Notes: a model not told the origin generated them from the letters alone. A DNA stretch of 64,000 nt from Bacteroidales bacterium (GCA_050291445.1 JBNKJW010000181.1:2739-66738); one strand, 5' to 3'; counted from the first letter of the stretch, positions 29,029 to 39,853 are shown. A program made the numbers and translations.

Positions 29029-31125
29029 CTAATACGCCCCATAAAACTTCCTAACAAACCATTCAACAGTTAAAAAGAAAACAAGTAAAAAGAAGATCCA
29101 TTTTAGTTCTATCAAATCAACCAAATCAGTTATTGAATGCGAAACCGGCTTAATGGAGTCACTGTTTTTCAATTCTTCCAGAAGCTCATTCATTTGGTCA
29201 GGATAATACATCTTGCCATTCGACTGCATTGATAACTGACTCATTAATTGATGATTAGCTGTTAAATCCTGGTATTCGATATTTATAGGGATAACCCTGA
29301 CCTGCCCCGTTTTACTAAATTTTTTGCTTTCGAACGTGGTAGTAGCAACATACTGGTAACTTCCTTGTGGAAGCCTTCCAATGTTTAAATTATAGGCTTT
29401 TCCGGTTTTCGAAAAACTGTAATTGTATTTTTTATTATCAGCACTGGTCAACTCCAACAGCACTTCAGGCTCATTGGTTAACTCATAAGTCTGGTTATAA
29501 AATTCAGCCCTTAAAAAAATATCTTCATTTTCGTTAAAAATATTTTTATGGTAAACCATAAAACGCTCTTTTTTTATATCGAGTGCTAAAAATTGAACAA
29601 TTTTATTAATAAAAGCATCGAACTGTTCATGGTTTTCATGCAGCAAATAATCCTTAATTCGCCAACGCCAAATGCCTTCTCCAAACAAATAAGCATTTTT
29701 TGCTTTTCCGGTCAATAAGGTATTTTCAAACGCAAGCAAGGGTTTATTGGTTTTAATTCCCTTTATTTTTTGGGTTAGTAAAAATTCAAATTGTCCGCTT
29801 ACATTGTAGCTGCCAAAAAGCGATGACAAAGGAGGACAATCAGCAATCAATTCAGCAAATTTTTCATCCAGCTCAAAAAGTTTAAAACCAGGATTTATTT
29901 CCGGAATAACCTGCTCATTTAGTTGTTTTTTATTGGTAATAGAAATACCGGTAAGTAACTGGTTAAAAGCAATAACATTGGTTTGAGGACCAACAATAAA
30001 TAAAACCGGAATTTTATCCCTTGCCAATTGATCTGTAAGTTTTTGAACATTATAGGCGAAAGAAGGCAATTGATGAAATACAACCATCTGATAATCAGAA
30101 ACATTACCTTTAAACTGGTCAAAGGTGTAACTTTGAACAATAATGTTTTTGTTGCTGTTTAGTGCATTTTTAATAGCACCAACATCAGGGTGAACAGCAT
30201 GTGATAAAATAAGCACCTTTTTTTTATCATCAACAACATCAATAACAAATTGTTGACTATTATTTGCTTTTGAAAATTCGCCTTCTTTTGGTTCAGCTGT
30301 TAGCGTGTAGGACTGAAGGCCTTTATCAGTTGCCAAAACATCAAAATGTAACTGCTGAGAATAATCTTCGTTAGCAATGTTTACCAGCTGTTGAGCCACC
30401 ATCCTACCCTTATGAAAAACCTTTACATTCACTGCTTGATTTTTAAAACCAAATGAAGTAAGTGTTGCCTCAATCGGAAAATAATCCTGCAAAAATGCAA
30501 TCTGGTTCGAAAACACATTTTTTACAATAACATCATGTTTTTTGGCCGTATCGCCAAGTGCAATGGTATAAACAGGGAAAGCAAAGTCCTTGGCCGCATA
30601 AACCGGGTTTAACCCCCGATTATAAATACCATCTGATGCTATTACCATTGCACCGATGTTATAATTAATCAGCTTTTTTTCAATTTCATCAAATAATTCA
30701 GAAATGTTGGTTTCCTTTTCATCAAATTCAAAGCTCAAAGTATCACCCAGCTGTTCGCCAAATGAAAAATACCTGGTTTCGTACTCACTTGAAAGACTTT
30801 TGTAGAAATCATCAAACTGTTTAATGTACTCAACGGGTGTATCCGATCCCCTGTTCGTAACCAAACCTATCGACTCAGAATTATCCTGTGCAACAATGAT
30901 TATAGGTTCATCAAAGTAGCGCTGCAAATACTTAATTACAGGCGAAAGCAGCAAAAATGCCAGGCAAAAAAGCACCACAAATCTGGATGTCATTAAACTG
31001 TATTTCAGCCACTTACTCAGCTCCGAAAGCCTTTTATCGCGGTAATACAGGAAAAATGAAAGCCCCAGGGCAATAAATAAGGCTGGTAAAACCAGCCATA
31101 ATGAATATTTTGTAAAAAGTTCGAT
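29029..31125 (-). CDS. BatA-like membrane-anchored vWA domain protein
   Basis: DNSES and SDG MIDAS-like motifs, GIWRWR, C-terminal LTVEWFVRKFYG; the open frame extends 44 codons upstream of the ATG at 30993 to an ATC at 31125. Confidence 0.8.
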   Translation of the reverse strand: MELFTKYSLWLVLPALFIALGLSFFLYYRDKRLSELSKWLKYSLMTSRFVVLFCLAFLLLSPVIKYLQRYFDEPIIIVAQDNSESIGLVTNRGSDTPVEYIKQFDDFYKSLSSEYETRYFSFGEQLGDTLSFEFDEKETNISELFDEIEKKLINYNIGAMVIASDGIYNRGLNPVYAAKDFAFPVYTIALGDTAKKHDVIVKNVFSNQIAFLQDYFPIEATLTSFGFKNQAVNVKVFHKGRMVAQQLVNIANEDYSQQLHFDVLATDKGLQSYTLTAEPKEGEFSKANNSQQFVIDVVDDKKKVLILSHAVHPDVGAIKNALNSNKNIIVQSYTFDQFKGNVSDYQMVVFHQLPSFAYNVQKLTDQLARDKIPVLFIVGPQTNVIAFNQLLTGISITNKKQLNEQVIPEINPGFKLFELDEKFAELIADCPPLSSLFGSYNVSGQFEFLLTQKIKGIKTNKPLLAFENTLLTGKAKNAYLFGEGIWRWRIKDYLLHENHEQFDAFINKIVQFLALDIKKERFMVYHKNIFNENEDIFLRAEFYNQTYELTNEPEVLLELTSADNKKYNYSFSKTGKAYNLNIGRLPQGSYQYVATTTFESKKFSKTGQVRVIPINIEYQDLTANHQLMSQLSMQSNGKMYYPDQMNELLEELKNSDSIKPVSHSITDLVDLIELKWIFFLLVFFLTVEWFVRKFYGAY

Positions 31126-31200
31126 GTTTTAAATATTAGGTATAATACGTTTTATCAACGCTGTCAGGAGCTGTGCACACTGACAGGTTAACAAATGAAA

Positions 31201-32379
31201 TTAGCTTAAATTTTTTGGAAATGCTTCGTAATAATCCTGAATAAACTTGCCGTACCTGCGGGCTTGTCCCTGACCATTATAATATTTTGCAAAATTCACA
31301 AATTCCTTCCTCTTCAAATATTTAATCATTCTTGGACTAAAGAAATCAAAAAGTGCAAAAATGTGGTAACGGATATCTTTATTAAAATTCTCAAACATTT
31401 CTTGAACAGAGTTGTAACCTATTAATTTAGAATTACTTCCAAGAATCTGAGGCAATCCCATACTAATTGAAAGCAAGGCTTTTTCATCATCTAAAGAGCG
31501 TGCAAAATTAAGGGCTTCATATTCTTTATCCTGATCACCATGAAAATTCATCCATTCGCCATCCGGATCTTTACGGAATTTATGCCCTAACCAATTTTTA
31601 CTTGAAGCAAACTGAAAGTGCTGTTTGAATTTAGCCTGGTTATATTTTCCCCAATATTTATAAAACAAATGGTTTTCAAATCGAATTAAAGCTCTTCCAT
31701 CATCAATACCAACACCACCGCTCTCAACACTAAGAACAGCAACAGATGCAGCTAATTCAATGCCCAGTTTATTGCTTAAATGCGATAGCAGATTACCATA
31801 TTTGTTATAAGATTCGCGAACTATTTGATGAATTCTGTTTCCGGTAACATCCACTTTTTTATTCGGTTCTACGGGTACCTTAAGTAAAGTAAGATCCTCA
31901 TATAAAAATGTTTTGCCAGGTTTATCTGCCGATATCTCAATAAATTTTCCAAAAACGTAACCAAACGATTCTTTAAATTTTATTTTATACCAGCCATCAA
32001 TTTCATCAACAATAATTACCTTTTTATCCCTTGTTAAGCGCCCTAGTTTCTCAGAATCAAGGTTTGGCAAGCTTCTTATATTCAGTAAATTAGCATTAAC
32101 CTTACCTGATTTCAACAAAGGTTGAACAAATTTGGCAAATACAAATGCATTGTCATTATTATACTGTATTTCGAACCACTTTTCACCTATCCCAATAATC
32201 TCAACAATATCGTTTTTCTTCAGCTTTCCAACCACATCAGAATCGGTTGTTGCCTTCGATCTAATGTTTAATACATTAGCTATTATTTGCCCTTTCATCA
32301 ACAAAGGCTTTTCTTCAACAGGCATGCGTGTTGGGCCTGTCATTTTTTTCAATTTAGAAAGCATTTTAGCTTTTTTCAT
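31201..32379 (-). CDS. Two SH3b domains + N-acetylmuramidase (DUF3380-type) protein
   Basis: Two LNIRS.......G.L....V.I.....W..I repeats; VESGG, IRFENHLF, SISMGLPQILG.N, FAKYYNG. Confidence 0.8.
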   Translation of the reverse strand: MKKAKMLSKLKKMTGPTRMPVEEKPLLMKGQIIANVLNIRSKATTDSDVVGKLKKNDIVEIIGIGEKWFEIQYNNDNAFVFAKFVQPLLKSGKVNANLLNIRSLPNLDSEKLGRLTRDKKVIIVDEIDGWYKIKFKESFGYVFGKFIEISADKPGKTFLYEDLTLLKVPVEPNKKVDVTGNRIHQIVRESYNKYGNLLSHLSNKLGIELAASVAVLSVESGGVGIDDGRALIRFENHLFYKYWGKYNQAKFKQHFQFASSKNWLGHKFRKDPDGEWMNFHGDQDKEYEALNFARSLDDEKALLSISMGLPQILGSNSKLIGYNSVQEMFENFNKDIRYHIFALFDFFSPRMIKYLKRKEFVNFAKYYNGQGQARRYGKFIQDYYEAFPKNLS

Positions 32380-32675
32380 TTGCTATAGGTTTAAATGTTA
32401 AACTCTTGTAATAATACCTATAATTTTTATATAAAAGGCCTACTAATGCAGAAACCTTTTATAAATAAGGTACAAAATCCAAATTTGAAAGTAAAATACA
32501 AAAATTAACCTGTTCTGCTACCTAACGCCTACCAGTTTCAGGTGTATTTTGTATTATTTTTGAATGAAATACTAAGGTATAAAAATTTTGGAAATTAAAT
32601 ATAAGATCGTGAAAATTAGAACTTAGAAATAAAATATTCTAAGCTCTAATTGTAAGTTCACAAAGTATTGAGTTT

Positions 32676-33422
32676 TTAAATAAGCATTGCGCCAGTAACC
32701 TGAATTACTTGTCCACTAACATATGATGAAAGGTCTGAAGCCAGGAACAAGGCAGTATTAGCAACCTCTTCGGCACTACCGCCACGTTTCATTGGAATAC
32801 TTTGTTCCCATTCTTTTACAACCTTCTCTGGCAATGCACCAGTCATTTCGGTAATAATAAAACCTGGTGCAATAGCATTGCATCTAATGTTTCGAGAACC
32901 CAATTCTTTTGCAGTTGATTTAGTCAAACCAATCATACCCGCTTTTGAGGCAGAATAGTTTGCTTGTCCTGCGTTTCCACCAACACCAACTATAGAAGAC
33001 ATGTTAACAATAGAGCCTGATTTTTGCTTCATCATTGGTCCAATAATCGCTTTTGTTAGGTTAAAGGCTGATTTTAAATTTACATTTAATACCAAATCCC
33101 ACTGATCTTCAGTCATTCTCATTAATAAGGTATCCCTGGTAATACCAGCATTGTTAACTAAAATATCAACCTTCTCGAAGTCCTCAAGTATTTGCGTTAC
33201 AACCTCTTGCGAATTTTCGAAATTAGAAGCATCAGAGGCATAGCCTTTGCCTTTTACACCCAAATCAGCTAATTCCTTTTCCAAGGATTTAACATTATCG
33301 TCAATTGCCATATCAGTAAATGCCACATTAGCACCGTGTTTAGCAAAAGTTACAGCAACAGCACGACCGATTCCTCTGGCGGCACCGGTAATAATAGCGG
33401 TTTTTCCTTCTAGTAATTTCAT
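32676..33422 (-). CDS. fabG: 3-oxoacyl-ACP reductase
   Basis: ITGAARGIG, NNAGITRD.L, GNAGQANYSASKAG, APGFI.TEMT; start MKLLEGK at 33422. Confidence 0.95.
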   Translation of the reverse strand: MKLLEGKTAIITGAARGIGRAVAVTFAKHGANVAFTDMAIDDNVKSLEKELADLGVKGKGYASDASNFENSQEVVTQILEDFEKVDILVNNAGITRDTLLMRMTEDQWDLVLNVNLKSAFNLTKAIIGPMMKQKSGSIVNMSSIVGVGGNAGQANYSASKAGMIGLTKSTAKELGSRNIRCNAIAPGFIITEMTGALPEKVVKEWEQSIPMKRGGSAEEVANTALFLASDLSSYVSGQVIQVTGAMLI

Positions 33423-33778
33423 CCGTTTATTTTTTATTGTTTTTACTCGTCGAATGGAGACATCCACATTACCTGACTTCCACGCGACCCTTTGCTTTAA
33501 TTAATTAATCATCCCTGTGTGTGTCTTTTAAAGTCATGGATGGTTCATAGATTAAGTCTTTAATAATTTAATTCTTAAAATTTCCACAAAAGGGTGGAAG
33601 AGAACTTAAATAGTATTCGAGTTTATTCGAATAACAAAATTTTGTACCTATATAATTAATAGGAAAAACTTTTTTGTTTTCCGAGTACAAAAATAAGCCG
33701 ATTGACTTTATCTGCAAATCTAAATTTAGATACAAGGAATTTTAGCACGAAAATATTTTTACAATTTTTTTTGACGAA

Positions 33779-34514
33779 TTACAGAAGTAACATATTCGGT
33801 CGATCAACAAATACACAATTGTAAACTTTTGACATTTTGACATTCACTGTTACAAAAGTAAACACGGTTTTTCACCTAATTTATTCCATTTTTTATGTAT
33901 TTTTGTAAACAAAGAAAACTAAGCTTCACAAGTGTAGAGACAATCTTAGTTTTGTTCAATAAATCAGTTATTTACGTCAATATTATTAAGTATTACTTCA
34001 TCTATTGTTGATAAAATATCATGTTTACTTGATTTACATGTATACAAATGTAATTAATGTAACCATTTATTACTGAAAACCAGTAGTTTAGGATGAAATT
34101 AGCAAAGTATTACTCGAATTGTATAATACAGCTGTATTGAAACAACAAAAATTAGAGCATTAATCTACTGATTAATAGATATTTAATGATTTTATACTGA
34201 TTTGGTCCAATTAAAGCAGGCATTTAAGTAAACAAGCTTAAAAAACCGTCTTTAGTAAAGACATTATAGTTAAAACAGTGAAAAGAAAGCTTAAAAGGAG
34301 TGAAAATACCCTTAATTTAGAAATAGTTAGCTCTTTTTTGATCGATAGTTTCAGTAATGAGGAAAATATCTATAAATAGCAGTTACAGAAACATAAAATT
34401 ATACCCAAAAAGTACAAAATTAAGGGAAAATTAAATCTCAAAGAGGTTACAATTGTAAATCACATCTGTTTACAAAAGTTACAATTGTAAATTATTTATT
34501 TATTACATTTGTAA
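33779..34514. promoter_or_regulatory. Array of TTACAnnTGTAA-like palindromic sites (putative operators)
   Basis: Perfect copies at 34447, 34479, 34503; near copies at 33779, 33813, 33850, 33926, 34042, 34126, plus 34979 downstream of the gene. Confidence 0.65.
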
Positions 34515-34515
34515 C

Positions 34516-34965
34516 ATGCAAACATCCGAGATAAAAGACAGAATTTTACGAATTTTGACGAGTGAAAACTTATCCTCTTCAAAATTTGCTGAAATTGTGG
34601 GTGTGCAACGTTCCAGTATTTCCCATATTTTATCCGGACGTAATAAACCTAGCTTAGATTTTCTTCAAAAAATACTTTCTAACTTTCCTGCGATAAGTGC
34701 CGACTGGTTAATTATTGGAAAAGGAGAAATGCATAAAAACAGTAAACAAATAGAAATAGGTTTTGAAAATAAACAGGAAACCGGAACCACGCAAACTGTT
34801 TTGCCTAACCAGAAAATAGCAGAAGAAAATAAAGCTGATGAAAAAGTGGTATCACAAACTGTAGTTAAGGAAGTAAGAAAACGAAGCATACATAAAATAG
34901 TTGTTTTTTACGATGATAACACTTTTGAAGAAATGCTACCAAATAAATTGCTTACTGAAAAATAG
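34516..34965 (+). CDS. XRE-family helix-turn-helix regulator (Bacteroidota-type)
   Basis: LSSSKFAEIVGVQRSSISHILSGRNKPSLDF; C-terminal KIVVFYDDNTFEE. Confidence 0.9.
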   Translation: MQTSEIKDRILRILTSENLSSSKFAEIVGVQRSSISHILSGRNKPSLDFLQKILSNFPAISADWLIIGKGEMHKNSKQIEIGFENKQETGTTQTVLPNQKIAEENKADEKVVSQTVVKEVRKRSIHKIVVFYDDNTFEEMLPNKLLTEK

Positions 34966-35124
34966 TTTACATATTGCTGCACAATTGTAACTTTTGTGAT
35001 CAGAAGGTTACATAATTGATCCGATATAAATTGAGAGCATGATAGAAATTGAGGTTGTATTACAAATTAGCAGCTAACTATATATTTACACTCCAAAAGT
35101 TAGAAAATTTTATGTCCGCTACAG

Positions 35125-35645
35125 TTCCATATTTTTTCACTTAATGTACCTTAGGATAGAATATCAAATTCTTAGAGAGGTAAATTTCCTTACAAAATTC
35201 TGATCAAACTTTTCCAATGTTTACAAAAGAACACGTAGGTTGTAAAATTTTATCAACTCTTTAAAAATACCTTAACCCAAATTTTCTTGTTCGAAAAAGT
35301 AACAAGTTAAATAAATACAAAATTAAACATCCTCCAGATGTAATTTATTCCTAAAGCAATATAAACTTTGTTTGATATTTTTACTTGAAGATATTACCAA
35401 AAAATAAAAATACGCTACATACGAAATGATTGTGACTTGTAAACTGTTTTTTGAATAAAAGTTTTGATACACTAGAATTGTAACGAAACAAAATTTTGAA
35501 AATTGGCATACCAGAATTTTCACTTGCCAACAAATTTCGATAAAATTCACCCATTTTTAAGTTGCTGAGATTTCCATATTTTTTTACTTAATGTACCATA
35601 GGATAGAATATAAAAATCTCATAGAGTTAACTTTTGTTTACAAAA
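35125..35645 (+). repeat. ~73 bp imperfect direct repeat (35125-35197 and 35572-35645)
   Basis: ttccatattttt(t/c)acttaatgtacc(t/a)taggatagaatat(c/a)aa...ttacaaaa in both copies. Confidence 0.8.
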
Positions 35646-35714
35646 CGACAAAAAAGTCAGAAAATCTGCTATTTTCTAAAATTTATTTTAAAAGAATGGT
35701 TATCCCATATTTTA

Positions 35715-35722
35715 TATATTTG
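35715..35722 (+). promoter_or_regulatory. -7 promoter element for pyrD
   Basis: TATATTTG(C). Confidence 0.6.
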
Positions 35723-35745
35723 CACCCAAAATTAATTTAGAGAAA

Positions 35746-36789
35746 ATGTACAAATCAATTATCCGCCCTTTACTATTTAAATTTTCACCTGAAAAAATTC
35801 ACAACTTCACATTTCTTTGTTTTAGGATTGCAAGTTCAATACCCGGAGTTGGTTTTCTGACCAAAAAAATGTTTCAGATTAATCACCCTAAATTAGAGAG
35901 AGAACTTTTTGGAATAAAATTCCCTAACCCGGTAGGGCTGGCAGCTGGACTTGATAAAGAAGCACAGGCTTTTGACATGCTTGGTTATCTGGGTTTTGGC
36001 TTTGTAGAAATTGGCACCTTAACACCTGTTGGTCAACCTGGAAACCCCAAACCCAGGGCATTTCGACTAAAAAAAGACCAAGCACTCATTAACCGTATGG
36101 GCTTTAATAATCATGGCGTTGAAGCCGCTGTTAAAAAACTAAAAAAGAAAAAATCGAAGGTGATTATAGGCGGAAACATTGGAAAAAATAAAGTGACTCC
36201 AAATGAAGAAGCTATTAATGATTACAGTATTGGGTTTAAGACACTTTATCCGTATGTAGATTATTTTGCAATCAATATAAGTTCGCCTAACACGCCGAAT
36301 TTGAGGGAGTTACAAGACAAAGAACCGTTAAAAAATCTGCTAAATACCTTAAAAAATTTAAACCATGAAATGCCCAAACCCAAACCAATTCTGTTAAAAA
36401 TTGCCCCTGATTTAAGCAACGAGCAACTGGATGACATCATTGAAATAGTAAAGGAAACTGAAACCAGTGGAATTATTGCGACCAATACAACTATTAACCG
36501 CGAAGGTCTGAGCTATCCGAAAGAAGAAATAGAAAAAATAGGAGCCGGTGGTCTTAGTGGCAAACCGTTAACAGATCGTTCTACAGAAGTAATTCGATAC
36601 ATTGTTGAAAAAACCAATTCAAGCATTCCTGTAATTGGTGTGGGTGGTATTATGACAGCTGAGGATGCACTTGAAAAACTAGCGGCAGGTGCCTGTTTGG
36701 TTCAGCTTTACACCGGATTTATTTATGAAGGACCGGGATTGATAAAACAAATTAACAAAGAATTGATAAAAAATAGTGAGACTCGCTAA
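35746..36789 (+). CDS. pyrD: Quinone-dependent dihydroorotate dehydrogenase
   Basis: [44 protein letters not shown]. Confidence 0.97.
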   Translation: MYKSIIRPLLFKFSPEKIHNFTFLCFRIASSIPGVGFLTKKMFQINHPKLERELFGIKFPNPVGLAAGLDKEAQAFDMLGYLGFGFVEIGTLTPVGQPGNPKPRAFRLKKDQALINRMGFNNHGVEAAVKKLKKKKSKVIIGGNIGKNKVTPNEEAINDYSIGFKTLYPYVDYFAINISSPNTPNLRELQDKEPLKNLLNTLKNLNHEMPKPKPILLKIAPDLSNEQLDDIIEIVKETETSGIIATNTTINREGLSYPKEEIEKIGAGGLSGKPLTDRSTEVIRYIVEKTNSSIPVIGVGGIMTAEDALEKLAAGACLVQLYTGFIYEGPGLIKQINKELIKNSETR

Positions 36790-36793
36790 TTTT

Positions 36794-36849
36794 GGACTTT
36801 GAGCACTTCGATAAGTGGTATGCTAAGCTTTTCGAAGTGCTCAATGTCC
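36794..36849. repeat. REP-like hairpin between convergent genes (possible bidirectional terminator)
   Basis: ggac-tt-tgagcacttcga...tcgaagtgctca-at-gtcc; similar to the motif at ~39345-39390. Confidence 0.7.
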
Positions 36850-36872
36850 GATATTGTTAAATTCTTGTCTGT

Positions 36873-39011
36873 TTAATCCTTTTTTGTAACCCTAAAATTC
36901 CAAATATCCTGCATTACAAAAACGGCTTCTTCCAAATAAGCATCTTTTTGCAAATCTTTTCGCCAGTTCTCAGCCGTCTTAATTTTTGTGGTATCACTAC
37001 CAAATTCTCTTAAATCTTCCTGCAGGCTAAAAGCTTTCAACTTCGTATCTGCTTCAAGCATTTTATTAAATTTCTCGGCCTCTTTATTTAACTTTTCCTG
37101 CTTTTCCCTGTACATTTCAAGATTAAGGCTGTATGTTGTAATATCCCCGTGTTTTTTTAATCGTAAAGAATTTTCTTTTACTTTATTAAACACCTCATTA
37201 TCAGCCACTCGCTTAGAACTATTAGCCTTTAAGTCAGTCATATTTTCAATGGGTAGCGGCCATTTTTGGTAGTCAGCCGGAGGTATCTCATCCCAGGGCA
37301 TTACATTTGTGAGTTCCCGCTCACCAATATCCATTGAACCATAAATATCTGGTAAAATTATGTCGGGAACAACACCTTTCAACTGCGTAGCACCACCATT
37401 TACACGATAGAACTTTTGAATGGTAATTCGTAAAGCGCCCAAAGGCTTAACATCTGAATATGAATCACTTACAACCTGATCCAAATCAATAATTCTTTGC
37501 ACAGTTCCTTTACCATAGGTACTAGGAGCACCAACAATAATTGCCCTGCCGTAATCCTGCATCGCGGCAGCTAAAATTTCTGATGCTGAAGCACTTAAGG
37601 TATTTACCATTACCACCAAATCACCATCGTATTGAATTCTTGAATCCCTGTCCTTTAAAATATACGGATCGCCAATACGTGATTTTACCTGAACAATAGG
37701 CCCATTTTTAATAAAAAAGCCCGCCATATCAACAACATCAGTCAAAGAACCTCCACCATTAAGCCTTAAATCAAGAATAATTCCGTCAACATCTTCGGCT
37801 TTTAATTTTTCGATTTCAATTTCAACATCCTCAGAACAACGCCTGCCATTTCTATTGTTGAAATCGACATAAAATGAGGGTAAATTTATATATCCATAGC
37901 GTTTAGACGAACCATCAACCTGAAGAATCGCTGATTTTGCATAAGTTTCCTCAATCACTACAATGTCTCGAATAATGGGAATAACAACAATGGAATTATC
38001 TGGTTTCTTGACAGTTAACCTTACTTCTGTTCCTTTTTTTCCACGAATTAGCTGCACGGCATCATCCAGGCGCATATCAACTATGCTAACCGGAGTACTG
38101 TCCCCTTGCGCTACTTTCAGAATTAAATCATTGGATTTTAATTCGCCCTGCTTCCACGAAGGACTTCCTGGTACAATCCTGGCCACTTTCACATAACCTT
38201 TTTGCTCGGTTAAAGTAGCACCAATTCCCTCTAATTGACCAGACATCCTGATATCAAAATTTTCCTTGTCCCTTGGTGGCATGTACTCAGAATGAGGATC
38301 ATAGCTACCAGTAAAAGCATTTAAATAGGTGGCTAACCTGTCATTTTCATTTAATTTATACAAGCGGTGGTATAAATCGTTGTAATCATTTTCAACATCG
38401 CCCCTGGCCTTCTCTTCCAATTCACTAAAATTCAATACTTTATAAGTTGTATCCTTGTCCTTAATGGCAGTTTCCTGAATAGTTAGTAAACGATCCAATT
38501 TGAGCATGGTTTGATATTTTAGTAGTTTTCGCCACCTTTCATATCTTTCTTTTTCATTTTTAGCGAAATCAAGCTTTTCAGCATCCGTCTCAAATTCCTC
38601 ATTTTTTTTGAAATCAAATGGATTTTTAAGCACTTGTTTGTAGATAGACTCAGTTTCTTTTATTCGCCCCTCTATCATTTCAACACTTAAGTCGAAAAAA
38701 TCGTAATTGGCTTGTTTAATTTCTTCTCCAAGAATGAAACGAAATTTTTCCAATTTTTTCAAGTCTTCTTTCAACAAATAGCGCTTACTATAATCTAAAC
38801 GTTCGATATATAGATCGTATACTTTCTCAGACATTTCCTTATCTAAGGCGTAATTTTCAAAATGACCTGCAGCAAGTGTTTGTGATAATGCCTGAAGCAA
38901 TATCTTCTCTCTTTTTCCACTGTTATATAAAGTAAAGGCGAATATGCCCAACAAAACTACTGGGAAAAAAACCGTTAAAATTTTCTTCTTCATCTTTATG
39001 ATTTTATGCAA
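36873..39011 (-). CDS. prc: Carboxy-terminal processing (tail-specific) protease, S41
   Basis: DPHSEY, LEGIGA, PDZ domain, DLRLNGGGSL, SASASEI, GKGTVQ, TQLKGVVPDI. Confidence 0.93.
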   Translation of the reverse strand: MHKIIKMKKKILTVFFPVVLLGIFAFTLYNSGKREKILLQALSQTLAAGHFENYALDKEMSEKVYDLYIERLDYSKRYLLKEDLKKLEKFRFILGEEIKQANYDFFDLSVEMIEGRIKETESIYKQVLKNPFDFKKNEEFETDAEKLDFAKNEKERYERWRKLLKYQTMLKLDRLLTIQETAIKDKDTTYKVLNFSELEEKARGDVENDYNDLYHRLYKLNENDRLATYLNAFTGSYDPHSEYMPPRDKENFDIRMSGQLEGIGATLTEQKGYVKVARIVPGSPSWKQGELKSNDLILKVAQGDSTPVSIVDMRLDDAVQLIRGKKGTEVRLTVKKPDNSIVVIPIIRDIVVIEETYAKSAILQVDGSSKRYGYINLPSFYVDFNNRNGRRCSEDVEIEIEKLKAEDVDGIILDLRLNGGGSLTDVVDMAGFFIKNGPIVQVKSRIGDPYILKDRDSRIQYDGDLVVMVNTLSASASEILAAAMQDYGRAIIVGAPSTYGKGTVQRIIDLDQVVSDSYSDVKPLGALRITIQKFYRVNGGATQLKGVVPDIILPDIYGSMDIGERELTNVMPWDEIPPADYQKWPLPIENMTDLKANSSKRVADNEVFNKVKENSLRLKKHGDITTYSLNLEMYREKQEKLNKEAEKFNKMLEADTKLKAFSLQEDLREFGSDTTKIKTAENWRKDLQKDAYLEEAVFVMQDIWNFRVTKKD

Positions 39012-39246
39012 TTAATAGCTCTAAAGAAAATACAGATAAATATCTAATTTTCAATATTTTAAGTTACCGAAACAGGATAATATATATTGTACTAAAACCC
39101 TTAATCTACTACAAAGTTAGCTGAAAATAATGTAAAAATCTTTTTCTTATCCAAATATTAAACTTTTTTAACCCTCAGTTTAGTGTTATTTTTGACAACT
39201 AATTTGTAAATAAGAATTGTATATTGGTGTATTTGTTATTTGCATA

Positions 39247-39540
39247 CTAGTGTTAAGTCAAATTTGATATTTCTGGTAATTAGCCAGGTGTTGTCACCTG
39301 ACAAGTGCACCAGGGGCTATATCAAAACTAACTTTTGGTCGCTGCATTTCGACAGGTGGTACACTGAGCCTGCCGAAGTGCTCAATGCCCGAGCTTCGGT
39401 TGCTGTACTTCGACAAGTTCAGTATACCACATGCCGAAGTACTCAATGACCATCACTTTTAAGACTTTTACCTATGGTGAGGGCTTCGCCGTTGATACAA
39501 CCCCTAATTACCAGAATAATCAAATTTGACTTGGCACTAG
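39247..39540. mobile_element. MITE with ~35 bp terminal inverted repeats and CTAG ends, containing a nested element
   Basis: ctagtgttaagtcaaatttgatatttctggtaattag ... ctaattaccagaataatcaaatttgacttggcactag. Confidence 0.85.
39312..39505. mobile_element. Nested MITE-like element carrying REP-like hairpins
   Basis: TIR aggggctatatcaa / ttgatacaacccct; internal ttcgacag..ctgagcctgccgaagtgctcaatg and ttcgacaag..gccgaagtactcaatg. Confidence 0.7.
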
Positions 39541-39589
39541 GCGATTACAGTTGCTACCTACAAAAATGCAATACCCCAATATGCTAATA

Positions 39590-39853
39590 ACCTGAGTTCG
39601 ACATAAAATAATTGCACAGTTTAGGTTAATTTATAGTAGAAATTGGCCTAAATTTTTGAAGAACTATCGGGATAATTCAATAAATTTGGGGCGATTTATG
39701 CGAAAATTAACTAAATTTAAAAAGAAAAGCCATAATCATACCATCTCTGCACTGAAAATTTCTTAAAATAACCCGTTATTATTTCAAAATTTTCAGTGCA
39801 GATCTAGCATAATTATGACTTTCTGTGCTCATTATTTTACATCGAACTCAGGT
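39590..39853. mobile_element. MITE (264 bp) with 5-bp TAATA target-site duplication
   Basis: TIR acctgagttcgacataaaataat / attattttacatcgaactcaggt; TAATA at 39585-39589 and 39854-39858; internal palindrome 39746-39802. Confidence 0.85.

Noticed and set aside
31201-32379. Prophage
   Set aside because: No structural, terminase, holin or integrase genes nearby; the flanks are housekeeping genes.
33423-34515. Possible oriC or dif site
   Set aside because: AT-rich, but I found no cluster of TTATCCACA boxes and no XerC/D dif consensus; GC skew cannot be computed here.
39240-39449. 69 aa ORF
   Set aside because: Lies almost entirely within the nested MITEs; TTG start; no protein motif.
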